A DNA stretch of 64,000 nucleotides from NCBI GenBank assembly GCA_019057815.1, contig JAHLWR010000006.1:32001-96000 (forward strand). Reading direction: 5' to 3'. The DNA is from Candidatus Heimdallarchaeota archaeon (GTDB lineage Archaea > Asgardarchaeota > Heimdallarchaeia > Heimdallarchaeales > Heimdallarchaeaceae). The position numbers and the translations under genes are program-made. The notes under the pieces are model-generated. The model saw only the letters and a program-made list of their open reading frames with translations, was not told the origin of the DNA and did not search any database. Within the stretch, counting starts at the first letter, position 1. Each line of letters opens with the position of its first letter. Positions 1 through 9,622 of the stretch are shown here, piece by piece.

Positions 1-456
1 TTAAGTCCCACCGGTGATGAATTCACATATTATGAAACTATTGCTGGTGGAATAGGTGCGGGGAAGAATTACCATCCTCCAAATGCAACACATAGCCACA
101 TGACAAATACGCGAAACACATCAATAGAGGTACTGGAACGATATTACCCATTACGTGTGTTAGAATACTCTATTTTGCCTGATTCGGGCGGTTCTGGGAA
201 ATGGTCAGGCAGTAATGGAATACGTAGATCAATTCAATTGTTGACAGAAGAAAGTATCCTCTCTATTCAAAGTGAAAGAAGAAAATATCCCCCATTTGGC
301 TTATTTGGAGGGAGTCCTGGAACGAAAGGGAAAAACACCCTTAAAACAGCTAATAGACAAGACATACTCCCTTCCAAAGTTACAAGAAAAATAAAGAAAG
401 GTGATATTGTCATTATCGAAACACCAGGTGGTGGAGGATATGGTGTTAAAAGTTGA
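1..456 (+). CDS. Hydantoinase B/5-oxoprolinase family protein, C-terminal part (5' end outside window)
   Basis: Frame is open from base 1 (..YYETIAGGIGA..HSHMTNTRNT..); DSGGSGKWSG and C-terminal ETPGGGGYG motifs are typical of hydantoinase B/oxoprolinase. Confidence 0.9.
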   Translation, partial: LSPTGDEFTYYETIAGGIGAGKNYHPPNATHSHMTNTRNTSIEVLERYYPLRVLEYSILPDSGGSGKWSGSNGIRRSIQLLTEESILSIQSERRKYPPFGLFGGSPGTKGKNTLKTANRQDILPSKVTRKIKKGDIVIIETPGGGGYGVKS

Positions 457-464
457 AACATGTC

Positions 465-1244
465 TTAGTATTTTGAAGTTTTGTTAAATTCAATATCAAT
501 TATTCTCAGTTTAGCATAACTAATGTTCTTGTCAGGCAAATTCCATTCTACTTCACCTTCAGTTGGAATTCTTACGTTGTTTATTTTCTTGTATTTTCTG
601 CAATAACAAGACCATTTTTCTTTTTTTAATTCACCTTTTTCTTCCATGAATCTGTCTTCAGTTGTTAGTTTTGTTATTTGCCCTTCTGCATTGAAATAGA
701 AAAGGAATGATAAATTACTACCTCTATAATTGACAATAGCTCGTGCTGTTTCACTATCAATTGGTTCCCAATTCAAGAATTCGTTTGGCAATAAAGCTGT
801 TGGAAACCACACAGATTCTGCAATATATCTAATAAATTCCGATTGATCGCATTCTTCTCCTTTCAAATTGACCACTGTAATGATAGACAATAATTTGATA
901 ATTAAATTTCCTTTATTTTGAAAATAACTATCTTTTCCTGTTATCCAGAAAAAAGGCAAAGGCTTTATTTTACAATACCAGAGAAAAGCAGGATTTTGAG
1001 TGGTGAAGTACTGCTCTGCTATAATAGGTATCCATTTCGAGTTCTCATTCATTTTAAATAAGCCGTCTTGTTTTAACCTAACATAACTAATATATTCTTG
1101 TCCCTCCTTTAATGCATACTTAAAGTACCTTTGAACAGGATCTGGAAGACTCTTTATCTGATCATAAGTAAATACTTTGTCTGAAATATTTCCGGAGTTT
1201 GCAAATAGGCTTTCAATTTCTTTGCTTTTATTGTTCCTTAACAT
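465..1244 (-). CDS. DUF6544/DUF6920-like conserved protein
   Basis: LPDPVQRYFKY, AEQYF, RYIAESVWFPTALLP and IPTEGEVEW motifs recognised from this uncharacterised family. Confidence 0.7.
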   Translation of the reverse strand: MLRNNKSKEIESLFANSGNISDKVFTYDQIKSLPDPVQRYFKYALKEGQEYISYVRLKQDGLFKMNENSKWIPIIAEQYFTTQNPAFLWYCKIKPLPFFWITGKDSYFQNKGNLIIKLLSIITVVNLKGEECDQSEFIRYIAESVWFPTALLPNEFLNWEPIDSETARAIVNYRGSNLSFLFYFNAEGQITKLTTEDRFMEEKGELKKEKWSCYCRKYKKINNVRIPTEGEVEWNLPDKNISYAKLRIIDIEFNKTSKY

Positions 1245-1383
1245 ACTACCATCTACACAGTTATACTACTGAAATATGAAAAACAAATAGTAACTTTACT
1301 TACTTTAAGTTTTTTAAATACACTTTCCTTCAATCTAGAAATGTAAAAAAAAAGAAAATGTTTGTAAAGTGAATCAATGCAGT

Positions 1384-1656
1384 TTACTTTCCTTTCCACA
1401 TTTCAACTACTTTTTCCGCTTCAATAACGGGATCAATTCTACATTTGACTTCAGGCGCATAGTGAAGTACATACTTCAATAGTTCATCTGGATTATCTGC
1501 TTCAAAGATTTGAAAGCCAGAGAACTCTCCACCAATCGCATAATTGGGTGAGATAGATTCCAAATTTTCAACTTCGACATCTTTAATCTTTTCCCATTTT
1601 TTAATGACGGCATCCATATCAGCGGGATCAAATTCCCAGAATAGCACATATTTCAT
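1384..1656 (-). CDS. DUF3303-like small ferredoxin-fold protein
   Basis: MKYVLFWEF...GGEFSGFQIFEADNPDEL pattern; GGAGG SD-like motif upstream on the - strand. Confidence 0.6.
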   Translation of the reverse strand: MKYVLFWEFDPADMDAVIKKWEKIKDVEVENLESISPNYAIGGEFSGFQIFEADNPDELLKYVLHYAPEVKCRIDPVIEAEKVVEMWKGK

Positions 1657-1733
1657 ATCTTTATAACTCCTCCATCATTGAATAATTATCACTCTTCAAA
1701 ATTTCATTTAAACTTTTTGTATTCTAGACCTAG

Positions 1734-1755
1734 TGTATCATTCCAAAATGATACA
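1734..1755. promoter_or_regulatory. Perfect palindrome, putative transcription-factor operator
   Basis: TGTATCATT-ccaa-AATGATACA (9+4+9) in a divergent intergenic region, just upstream of a TTTAAAT TATA-like box of the 1384..1656 gene. Confidence 0.45.
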
Positions 1756-2049
1756 TATCTTCTTCTTCATAATCTTTTGATTAAAAAAGGCAGACAAATT
1801 TCAAATTAGTATTGTTTTCATAATTGCCTTTTTGTGTTTTTTTGAACATAAATTTGTTAGCATCTGAAAGTTTTTAATAAACTAAACGTATTTTTATCGT
1901 ATTATTTATGTAATGTACTCGTTCTTAATTCCCTAATTACACTATGTTCTTACATCACAGATTGCAATTGTTGTTAACACAGGAAAAAGGGATTTTACAA
2001 GTGATTATTATTCCCAAAAATTTAGATAAGTGTAATCAACTGTTATTGT

Positions 2050-2844
2050 ATGTCTGAAAATGAGAAGTTAATAATGGTAAAGAAGGTAGGTGTACATAAT
2101 AATATTGCACTCATTATACTCAATCGCCAAAAAGCTCTCAACTCTTTTAATAATTCTATGTTGAAAGAACTAGAACAAGTTTTTCACTCAATGAAAGAAG
2201 ATCCGGAATTGCGTGCAGTTATAATAACCGCTGAAGGTAAATCTTGGTGTGGTGGTGCTGATCTAAAGTGGATGTCAACATTAGATGATAATAGTTATGA
2301 ACAGCTTATCAAGTGCGGTCAAGATGTTTTTGAAATTATAGAAACGTTTCCTTGTCCTACAATTGCTGCGATAAATGGTTTCACATTAGGTGGTGGTATG
2401 GAATTAGCTCTTTGCTGTGATATCCGTATCGCTTCAGAAAATGCTGTGCTAGGACAACCTGAAGTCACTCTTGGGCTTTCTCCTGGTTGGGGAGGTACAT
2501 ACCGCTTGCAAAAAATAGCTGGCGTGGGAGTAGCTAAGGATCTTATTCTTACTGGGCGGAAAGTTTCTGCTAAAGAGGCTTTGCGTATGAATATACTAAG
2601 TGAAATATGCCCTCCAGAAAAGCTGAAAGAAAAAGCAATAGAATGGGCTGAAATAATTGCTAGAAACGCTCCATTAGCTATTACTGAAGCTAAGAAAGCA
2701 ATTAATGATTCAAGAGATGGAACCATTAAAGAAGGTTATATGAATGAGGTTCAAGGAGCAAGAAAATGCTTTGCCAGCCAAGACTTAAAAGAAGGCATCG
2801 CTGCTATATTTGAGAAGAGGAACCCAACGTTCAAAGGAAAATAA
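2050..2844 (+). CDS. Enoyl-CoA hydratase/isomerase (crotonase family)
   Basis: CGGADL, AAINGFTLGGGMELALCCDIRIAS and GQPEVTLGLSPGWGGT motifs. Confidence 0.95.
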   Translation: MSENEKLIMVKKVGVHNNIALIILNRQKALNSFNNSMLKELEQVFHSMKEDPELRAVIITAEGKSWCGGADLKWMSTLDDNSYEQLIKCGQDVFEIIETFPCPTIAAINGFTLGGGMELALCCDIRIASENAVLGQPEVTLGLSPGWGGTYRLQKIAGVGVAKDLILTGRKVSAKEALRMNILSEICPPEKLKEKAIEWAEIIARNAPLAITEAKKAINDSRDGTIKEGYMNEVQGARKCFASQDLKEGIAAIFEKRNPTFKGK

Positions 2845-2874
2845 CCCTCCTCTTTACAAAGAAGGTGTAGAAAT

Positions 2875-3624
2875 TTGGCATCTGATGATATCTCTCACAC
2901 AGAGGAAGAATATTTGGAGGTCTTTTTTTGGTTTTTAGAGTATGGTAGTAGTCACGTTAAGACAAATCAAATTGCTGAGATGATGAATGTCCACCCAGGT
3001 ACTGTAACATCGATGCTACGAAAGTTATCTAAGAAGAAGCTGATAAAATATACACCCTACTATGGAGCTGAGCTTACTTCTAAGGGGAAAAAAATTGCAC
3101 TCAAAGTTGTAAGAAACCACAGGCTTGCTGAAAGTTTTCTTTACTGGTTAGGTTTACCATGGTCAAGAATACATGAAGAGGCTTGTAAATGGGAGCATGT
3201 ATTAACAGATGAAATTGCGGCAATGATTGAACAAAAAATCAAATTACCAGAAAGAGGTCCTTCTGGAGCATTCACACCTAAACATGATGGAACTGTAGAA
3301 ACTATTCCTACCAAACAACCTCTTGCTCTTTTTGAAGAGGGAAATAAAGTGGAAATCGTAGAAATTCTGGAAAGAGTGATAGTAAGACACATGCCTAAAA
3401 CTCTTGATTTGCAGGATATATTTGAGGAGTTAGAAGAAAAAAACCTTCTACCAGGGCAAAAATTGACAATCATATCAGTAAAGACTAGAACGGATGTGAA
3501 TATCGAAATGTGGTCACATCTCTATGCTACAGATATGGTTTTAGAAGGCAAAAGTACAAAAAAGATTAATGTGCCTTATTACCTTGTAAATATGATATTG
3601 GCAAGAAAGGTGAACTGTGATTAG
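2875..3624 (+). CDS. DtxR/MntR-family metal-dependent repressor with C-terminal FeoA-like domain
   Basis: EEEYLE, HTH, RNHRLAESFL and IHEEACKWEH metal-site motifs; TTG start. Confidence 0.9.
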   Translation: MASDDISHTEEEYLEVFFWFLEYGSSHVKTNQIAEMMNVHPGTVTSMLRKLSKKKLIKYTPYYGAELTSKGKKIALKVVRNHRLAESFLYWLGLPWSRIHEEACKWEHVLTDEIAAMIEQKIKLPERGPSGAFTPKHDGTVETIPTKQPLALFEEGNKVEIVEILERVIVRHMPKTLDLQDIFEELEEKNLLPGQKLTIISVKTRTDVNIEMWSHLYATDMVLEGKSTKKINVPYYLVNMILARKVNCD

Positions 3625-3632
3625 AAGATTCA

Positions 3633-5072
3633 TTATTTGTTTTGTTCTGTTAATTTCCACAGTACTCTCTTAGGTGTATCCTCTAAAGTAATATCAGCTT
3701 CTTTCAGAACATCCCTAATTTTATCACTCATTACCCAATTTTTATCTTTTCGAAATTCTTGACGGATGTCAATTAATAAATTGACAAGTTTTTCAACAGT
3801 TTCAATAGAGTGATATTGATTAATATCTTCAAATAGTCCTAGAACGGACATGAATTCATCAAAAAGCTTTTCAGATTCTCTCATTAGGGCACCATTTATC
3901 TCTTCAGTATTCCTGATGTAATCGTTAACGTCTCTAGAATAATTAAATACAACAGCAAGACCATTGGGAGTATTAAAATCTTCATTCATGGCTGTAATAA
4001 AATCATGTCTAGCTTTTTCAATTTTGGTAAACAGATTAGCATCAGTGTCATTCAAAACATCCTTGATTAATTCATTTGAACCATCTGCGAAATTCTTTGT
4101 TAGTAGAACAACATCAAACAATCTGTTAGAAGTAGTTTGAGCTTGTTTAATGGCGTCTTCATTGAAGCTAATGGGACTGCGATAATGGGTCTGAAGGATA
4201 AATAAGCGAACAGCATCGGAAGAATAATGTTTTAGTAGATCGAAGATGTTAACGAAATTACCAAGGGACTTACTCATTTTCTCTTGGTCAATATTGATGT
4301 AACCATTATGGAGCCAATATCGAGCAAAAGGTTTACCAAACAAAGATTCAGATTGAGCGATTTCGTTTTCGTGATGAGGGAAGATAAGATCTTGGCCACC
4401 GCTGTGAATATCGATAGATTCACCTAAATAGGTCATTGACATAACAGAGCATTCAAGGTGCCAACCAGGTCTTCCGTCTCCCCATGGTGATGGCCAGCTT
4501 GGTTCCCCTAGTTTTTTTGCTTTCCATAGGGCAAAATCTGCTGGATGGTGTTTATTGGGATTTTCAGCATCTTCAGTGTCTAGTAAAATATTAGCTAATT
4601 TTTGATTAGAGAGTTTACCGTAGTTATCAAATTTCTGGATGTCGAAATAAACATCACCATGACTCTCATAAGCGAAACCCTTCTCAATAAGTTTGATAAC
4701 AAAATCTATCATAGGATTGATATGGAGCATAGCACGGGGGCTGATTGTAGCTGGTTTAATGTTCAAACTTCGCATATCTCTGCGGAAATAGCGCAAATAC
4801 TCCTCAACTAATTCCAAAACTCCACGCTTTTCCTGTTTAGAAACTTCAATAACCCTATCTTCAATATCAGTGAAATTCATAATATACTTAACAGTGTAAC
4901 CTCTGTATTCTAAGTAACGACGAATAGCATCAAAAGCAACAGCAGAGCGAGCATGACCGAGGTGCATAAGCCCATTGACAGTCGGTCCACAATTATAAAA
5001 GCGGACAACATTGGGTTCAAGAGTAGTAAACTCTTCAAGTTGCCGTGTAAGAGTATTGTAAATCTTAATCAT
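3633..5072 (-). CDS. cysS: Cysteine--tRNA ligase
   Basis: CGPTV, HLGH (HIGH), GRPGWHLECS, DLIFPHHENE and KMSKS motifs. Confidence 0.98.
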   Translation of the reverse strand: MIKIYNTLTRQLEEFTTLEPNVVRFYNCGPTVNGLMHLGHARSAVAFDAIRRYLEYRGYTVKYIMNFTDIEDRVIEVSKQEKRGVLELVEEYLRYFRRDMRSLNIKPATISPRAMLHINPMIDFVIKLIEKGFAYESHGDVYFDIQKFDNYGKLSNQKLANILLDTEDAENPNKHHPADFALWKAKKLGEPSWPSPWGDGRPGWHLECSVMSMTYLGESIDIHSGGQDLIFPHHENEIAQSESLFGKPFARYWLHNGYINIDQEKMSKSLGNFVNIFDLLKHYSSDAVRLFILQTHYRSPISFNEDAIKQAQTTSNRLFDVVLLTKNFADGSNELIKDVLNDTDANLFTKIEKARHDFITAMNEDFNTPNGLAVVFNYSRDVNDYIRNTEEINGALMRESEKLFDEFMSVLGLFEDINQYHSIETVEKLVNLLIDIRQEFRKDKNWVMSDKIRDVLKEADITLEDTPKRVLWKLTEQNK

Positions 5073-5204
5073 AAGTGAACAACAAAAAGGGCTTAAAAAA
5101 GCGTTTCGTTAGGTCAGAAGTTAAAATTTGTTGTCTTCTACCAATAATTCTTTGTTTTACTGATGTAAGTGAGAACTTTTTAAATAACTAGAATTAAAAA
5201 ATAA

Positions 5205-6224
5205 TTGAAAGTTATGACTATTTTAATTACTGGAGCAACAGGACTTGTAGGTTTTCATATTGCTAAATTAATACGAACTCAAAAACCAGATATTTCAATT
5301 AAATGTCTTATTCGCTCTAATAAAGTACACAAGGATTTGTTAGGATTAGATATTGAAACTATAAGGGGTGATTTGTTAAATAAGGAATCTTTGAAATGCG
5401 CTTTATCAGGAGTGGAAACTGTGTATCATGCAGCTGCTGAAGTTAGGGAAAATGCGTCATCTGATGCTTATTACAGGACAAATGTAATTGGCACTCAGAA
5501 TTTAGTTGAATCATTTGTTGAAAATGATGGTAAGAAATTTCTGAATGTTAGTACTGCTGGTGTATATGGTTATCGTCTTCCAAATCTGCCGGTTAAAGAA
5601 GACTATTCAATAGAAATTAAACATCCCTACCATATAAGTAAATTAAAAGCTGAAAATGAGGTCTTCAAGAGTGCGAAGGAGTATGGTTTTTTTACAAGTG
5701 TTATCCGCCCTCCAATGATTGTGGGACCTGGAGACAGGCATGTTGCTCCAGCATTTTTTAAAATGGTAATAAGTCAAAAAACAATCCCCTTAATTAGTGG
5801 TGGTACAAAGTCTGTAATGTCTTTTGCTCACGTAGAAGATGTAGTACAGGCTTTAGTAGCTTGTGGAGAAACAAACAATGCTAGTGGCGAAGCATTTAAT
5901 GTATGTAGTTTCGCCGCAGCTCCAAAAGAGATTTTTGATACAGTTGGTAATGTCTGTGGTGTGATGCCAAAATATCTTAAAATAGGTTACTCAACAGCTT
6001 ATGCTCTTGGTATCCTTAGTGAGTTTTTAAGTAAAATTTCTGGAAAAAAGAATCCTAAGATAACTCGTAGAAGAGTTAAGCAATTAGGAAGCACTAGAAT
6101 GTATGATACTACTAAGATTGAAAAAGTTGTCAAATTCAAACCCAAATTTAACATGAAAAAAAGTCTTGAACATGCCTATCAATGGATGAAAGAGGAACAC
6201 TTAATTGAACAATGGAAGCAATAA
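5205..6224 (+). CDS. NAD-dependent epimerase/dehydratase (extended SDR, 3-beta-HSD-like)
   Basis: TGATGLVG Rossmann motif, HAAA, YHISK (YxxxK), RPPMIVGPGD; ATG start probably at 5214. Confidence 0.9.
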   Translation: MKVMTILITGATGLVGFHIAKLIRTQKPDISIKCLIRSNKVHKDLLGLDIETIRGDLLNKESLKCALSGVETVYHAAAEVRENASSDAYYRTNVIGTQNLVESFVENDGKKFLNVSTAGVYGYRLPNLPVKEDYSIEIKHPYHISKLKAENEVFKSAKEYGFFTSVIRPPMIVGPGDRHVAPAFFKMVISQKTIPLISGGTKSVMSFAHVEDVVQALVACGETNNASGEAFNVCSFAAAPKEIFDTVGNVCGVMPKYLKIGYSTAYALGILSEFLSKISGKKNPKITRRRVKQLGSTRMYDTTKIEKVVKFKPKFNMKKSLEHAYQWMKEEHLIEQWKQ

Positions 6225-7254
6225 AACATCTAAAATCAAGCTAATTCAGAAGATAATTGCGCCAATAATCACCGTGGGATTATTGACGTTTCTTATCTGG
6301 AAGTTTGAACCCAGAAAAATAGCTGGATCTATGAGTCAAGTTAATCTCTGGTATTTGTTAGGTTCATTTGGAATTGTGGTACTTATATTCCTTTTGAAGA
6401 CTCTTCGTTGGCATTATATTCTCAAAAGGCTGGATGTTAAAATAAAGTGGTATAAAACCCTCTGGTTGATTTTTATTGGGATGTTTGGTGCAGCGATTAC
6501 ACCCTCAAAAGTAGGTGATGTAATTAAAGCCCATTATCTCAGTAAATGGACAGGAAGAAGTGAAACTGACACATTTTTTAGTGCGGTTTTGGATAGACTA
6601 ACTGATTTAGCAGCTGTCGCGGTTTACTCATTAATAGCTATACCATTCTTCTTTGATCCCTTAGACAATGTAGTAAAATGGGCTGTTTTTGGTGGGATTC
6701 TAATTATAGCAGCATTAATTATTCTAATGTTTAACGATAAAATTGTAAAACTTATTGTTACTACATTAGCAAAAATGAAAAAACCAAAGAAAAAACAAAA
6801 ATCTGTTAAAGAAAGCGAAGGCGAACAATCACCAAAACCTTCAACAAATAGAGTTATAGACGAATATTACGCGAATCTTGTATTCTTTAGTAAAACTAAT
6901 TATATAATAATTTTTTCAATCTCATTTGTTATTTGGTTATTATTAGGTTTCCAAGCCAGTTTACTTCTCGTTGGTATGAGTTCAACAATAAAAATTGAAA
7001 GTGTTTTGTTAGTGATGACAGGAGTTGTTGCAGTAGCAGCTGTTGTTGCTCTAATTCCAATAAGCATCAGTGGTATAGGAATTAGAGATGCCACAATAGA
7101 ACTTCTAGCTGTTTTCAGTCTAGGAATTTTACCAGAAGTAGCAATAAGTGTTTCATTTATACAAACCATCTTAAATGTCTTCATACCCGCATTAATCGGC
7201 GGAGGCGTGCTTCTTTTCCTGAGACGGAAGAGAAGGAGGGCAAAAAATTCTTAG
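6205..7254 (+). CDS. UPF0104 / lysylphosphatidylglycerol-synthase-TM-like (flippase-like) membrane protein
   Basis: LRWHYIL, ITPSKVGDVIK, DRLTDL and PISISGIGIRD motifs; multiple TM helices. Confidence 0.85.
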   Translation: MNNGSNKTSKIKLIQKIIAPIITVGLLTFLIWKFEPRKIAGSMSQVNLWYLLGSFGIVVLIFLLKTLRWHYILKRLDVKIKWYKTLWLIFIGMFGAAITPSKVGDVIKAHYLSKWTGRSETDTFFSAVLDRLTDLAAVAVYSLIAIPFFFDPLDNVVKWAVFGGILIIAALIILMFNDKIVKLIVTTLAKMKKPKKKQKSVKESEGEQSPKPSTNRVIDEYYANLVFFSKTNYIIIFSISFVIWLLLGFQASLLLVGMSSTIKIESVLLVMTGVVAVAAVVALIPISISGIGIRDATIELLAVFSLGILPEVAISVSFIQTILNVFIPALIGGGVLLFLRRKRRRAKNS

Positions 7255-7259
7255 ATTAT

Positions 7260-8207
7260 TTAATCTTTTTCTATTTCTTCATGTATTTTTTTAATGTTAT
7301 AAACTGAAGATGGTTTGATGTTTTGTCTTGCACTAAGTTCAGCTAAAAACCCTGTCAATATAAACTGAAATCCTGCTATTCCAAGAAGCATGGTTAACAG
7401 TAATAAAGGACGAGTACCTATATCTTGATTATATACAAATTTCTCAATAAGTAAGTATATTCCAAGACCTAGGGCAATAAATAGAAAAAGTGAACCGATT
7501 TTTGAGAATAGTTTGATAGGTCGTTGACTATAATTAAAAAGGAATCTTAAAGTAATTAAATCAGTAAAACCTGCGAATAATCTCTGAAAACCATATTTTG
7601 TTTTTCCTCTAGTACGAGGTCGATGATTGACTTTGACTTCTGTGATTTTAAAACCTTTATGTGAAAGAATTGCAGGAAGATATCTATGTTCACCACTTAC
7701 TAAAACTAAGTTAATTACAGCTTCACTCCTGTAAGCGCGGAAAGTGCAACCACTGTCGTGTATTGATAGTCGGTTAAGGCGTCTATTGAGAAAATTTGAA
7801 ATTTTGGATGGAATTGATTTCAGAATGAAAGAGTCATTCCTCTTAAATCTCCAACCACAAACTACGTCAAAATCGTCTGTAAGCGCGGAAAGCAATATAG
7901 GGATATCATTAGGGTCGTTCTGACCATCTCCGTCTAAAGAAATAATAATGTCTCCCTTTGCAGAATGGAAACCAGCTACAAGTGCAGCTGTTTGACCAAA
8001 ATTTTTTCGTAATTGAACTATTTTAAGATGCGAGTCCCTTCCTGTTAGTAGAGAGCATAACTGTGATAGAGTAGTATCAGTTGAGCCATCATCAACAAAA
8101 ATAATTTCGAAATATTGCTTCTGGGTGGTCATTACATGAACGATTTCGTTGTAGAGAGGAATAATATTCTCCTCTTCGTTATAAACAGGTACAACAACAG
8201 ATAACAT
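7260..8207 (-). CDS. GT2 glycosyltransferase (DPM-synthase/ArnC-like) with two C-terminal TM helices
   Basis: SVVVPVYNEEENI, VDDGSTD, LDGDGQNDP; ATG at 8207 preferred over the ORF-track start at 8252. Confidence 0.92.
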   Translation of the reverse strand: MLSVVVPVYNEEENIIPLYNEIVHVMTTQKQYFEIIFVDDGSTDTTLSQLCSLLTGRDSHLKIVQLRKNFGQTAALVAGFHSAKGDIIISLDGDGQNDPNDIPILLSALTDDFDVVCGWRFKRNDSFILKSIPSKISNFLNRRLNRLSIHDSGCTFRAYRSEAVINLVLVSGEHRYLPAILSHKGFKITEVKVNHRPRTRGKTKYGFQRLFAGFTDLITLRFLFNYSQRPIKLFSKIGSLFLFIALGLGIYLLIEKFVYNQDIGTRPLLLLTMLLGIAGFQFILTGFLAELSARQNIKPSSVYNIKKIHEEIEKD

Positions 8208-8260
8208 ATAATCAAAACTAGATTCATTTAAAGGAAAAAAAAGCTTTCTCAAGAAGAGTT

Positions 8261-8364
8261 TGGTGGACCGGTCGGGACTTGAACCCGAGGCCTCTTCGGA
8301 TCTTGAAATAAAGTGTTACTTTATATTTGCAAGCGAAGCGATCTTCCAGCTGATCTACCGGCCC
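8261..8364 (-). tRNA. tRNA-Ala(UGC) with 28-nt intron at 37/38 (8300-8327), encoded CCA
   Basis: GGGCCGG/CCGGTCC acceptor with G3:U70, anticodon stem CTTCG/CGAAG, TTCAAGT T-loop; BHB central helix CTTG/CAAG. Confidence 0.96.
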
Positions 8365-8561
8365 TGTAAAACTTACATTATTCAATCGGGAGACCCTTTT
8401 TTTAAGATTTCTATATGCAAGAGTTCGTTTAGAACAGCATTTTACAGAAGTACACAATACATATTAGCGTTTGAATTGTTTTTTGAAAATCTCAAATCTT
8501 TTCCTTAATAAACTCGTTTTTTACTTATTTCATCCTTGCTTTATTGCTTTGAGTTGTTTTA

Positions 8562-8868
8562 CAGCTATTTTGACCTGGTTATTTATTAGATTTAATATCA
8601 CATCGTAAAGATGGCATATCTACGACATTATTATCTTGGTATTACAAAACCCGACAAAAACACGTTCGAAAAACCGTGTTAGGCGCGCCATACTCACATT
8701 CTGAGTACAAAAACGCTTGAAACAGCCCATCCCCATTACTTCCAGTGGAAAGCGCGGTTTTTGGGGCTTAAAGGCTCTAATACCCGCGTTCTTGAGTTTC
8801 CTTCATTAAATGCTTTATTGCTAAAATTTCTAATGGAAAAGTAAAGCATTAAGTAAATATAATAGCTG
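8562..8868 (-). ncRNA. Candidate structured non-coding RNA of about 310 nt, family unknown
   Basis: Seven mutually nested helices, closed by CAGCTATT/AATAGCTG; G-U extensions work only on the - strand; no credible ORF. Confidence 0.5.
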
Positions 8869-8920
8869 AGTATTTAAGTAATGTTATCTTGCTATATATA
8901 GAGAAAACTGGAAGTAGTAA

Positions 8921-9241
8921 GTGAGGAAAATGGTAACGATAAACGAAGCACAAAGAAAACTGTTGGAACTGATAAATAGTAGAAATAGTGTTAAACAAAT
9001 GGATGTGTTGAGCATTCCAAAAACACCTAGCCGAATACTAGGTGAAAGAATGTTGAATGTGTTTGCAAATCAGATAATGGATGACTGTGTGGGATTAGAA
9101 TGTGATCCTGCAATAGAGGATGAACTGGTTGAAAGTTTGTTAAGCACACTAGCGCTTGCAGGAATAGTAGGAATAGACTTAGAAGGCAAAATTGATGAGA
9201 TACTAGGGTTAATGGAAATAGTCACAGCTGATAGTGCTTAG
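8921..9241 (+). CDS. Small helical hypothetical protein; C-terminus resembles a degenerate MazG-like (all-alpha NTP-PPase) helix pair
   Basis: DELVESLLSTLALAGIVGIDLEGKI resembles EELADVL..LANxLGIDLE; likely ATG start at 8930. Confidence 0.55.
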   Translation: MRKMVTINEAQRKLLELINSRNSVKQMDVLSIPKTPSRILGERMLNVFANQIMDDCVGLECDPAIEDELVESLLSTLALAGIVGIDLEGKIDEILGLMEIVTADSA

Positions 9242-9622
9242 ATAAAAATAGTTGTTCCTCTACTATAAGACAGTTTACCACAGGGCGGAGGTATTATTTG
9301 TATTTTTCGAGCGAAATTTATTAGTGATATCAGATATAAAAAATAAGAATAAAGGTGAGAACCATAGGAAGAGCTGTGGATGAGATTATTTTTCCTCCTT
9401 CCTTTCCATAATTTCCTGAAAGAAGATGGGAGAAGATGAAGAGTGAGATAGGGGGGTTTCTTGCTTCCCATCTCCCTTAAGGATAATGTTAATGGGCTTC
9501 TTATGTGAGAAACACTTTTTGTGATTCTCAAAGAATTTACAAAAGTTAAATATATAAAAGCCACAATTTTTCTTTTAAATGTTAGTGATGTATTGAGCTA
9601 AAAATAAATAATGAATAGAGAT

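Noticed and set aside
8224-8508. ORFs 8224..8457(-) and 8260..8508(+)
   Set aside because: They overlap the intron-containing tRNA-Ala and have no protein-like features
8562-8868. Firm call as RNase P RNA, SRP RNA, riboswitch or self-splicing intron
   Set aside because: A CR-I-like GGAAACUC is present but there is no complementary P4 3' strand, no SRP helix-8 motif and no group I/II core; left as an unknown candidate
9238-9564. 108-aa ORF on the - strand
   Set aside because: Atypical composition and no motifs; the region is better explained by + strand hairpins
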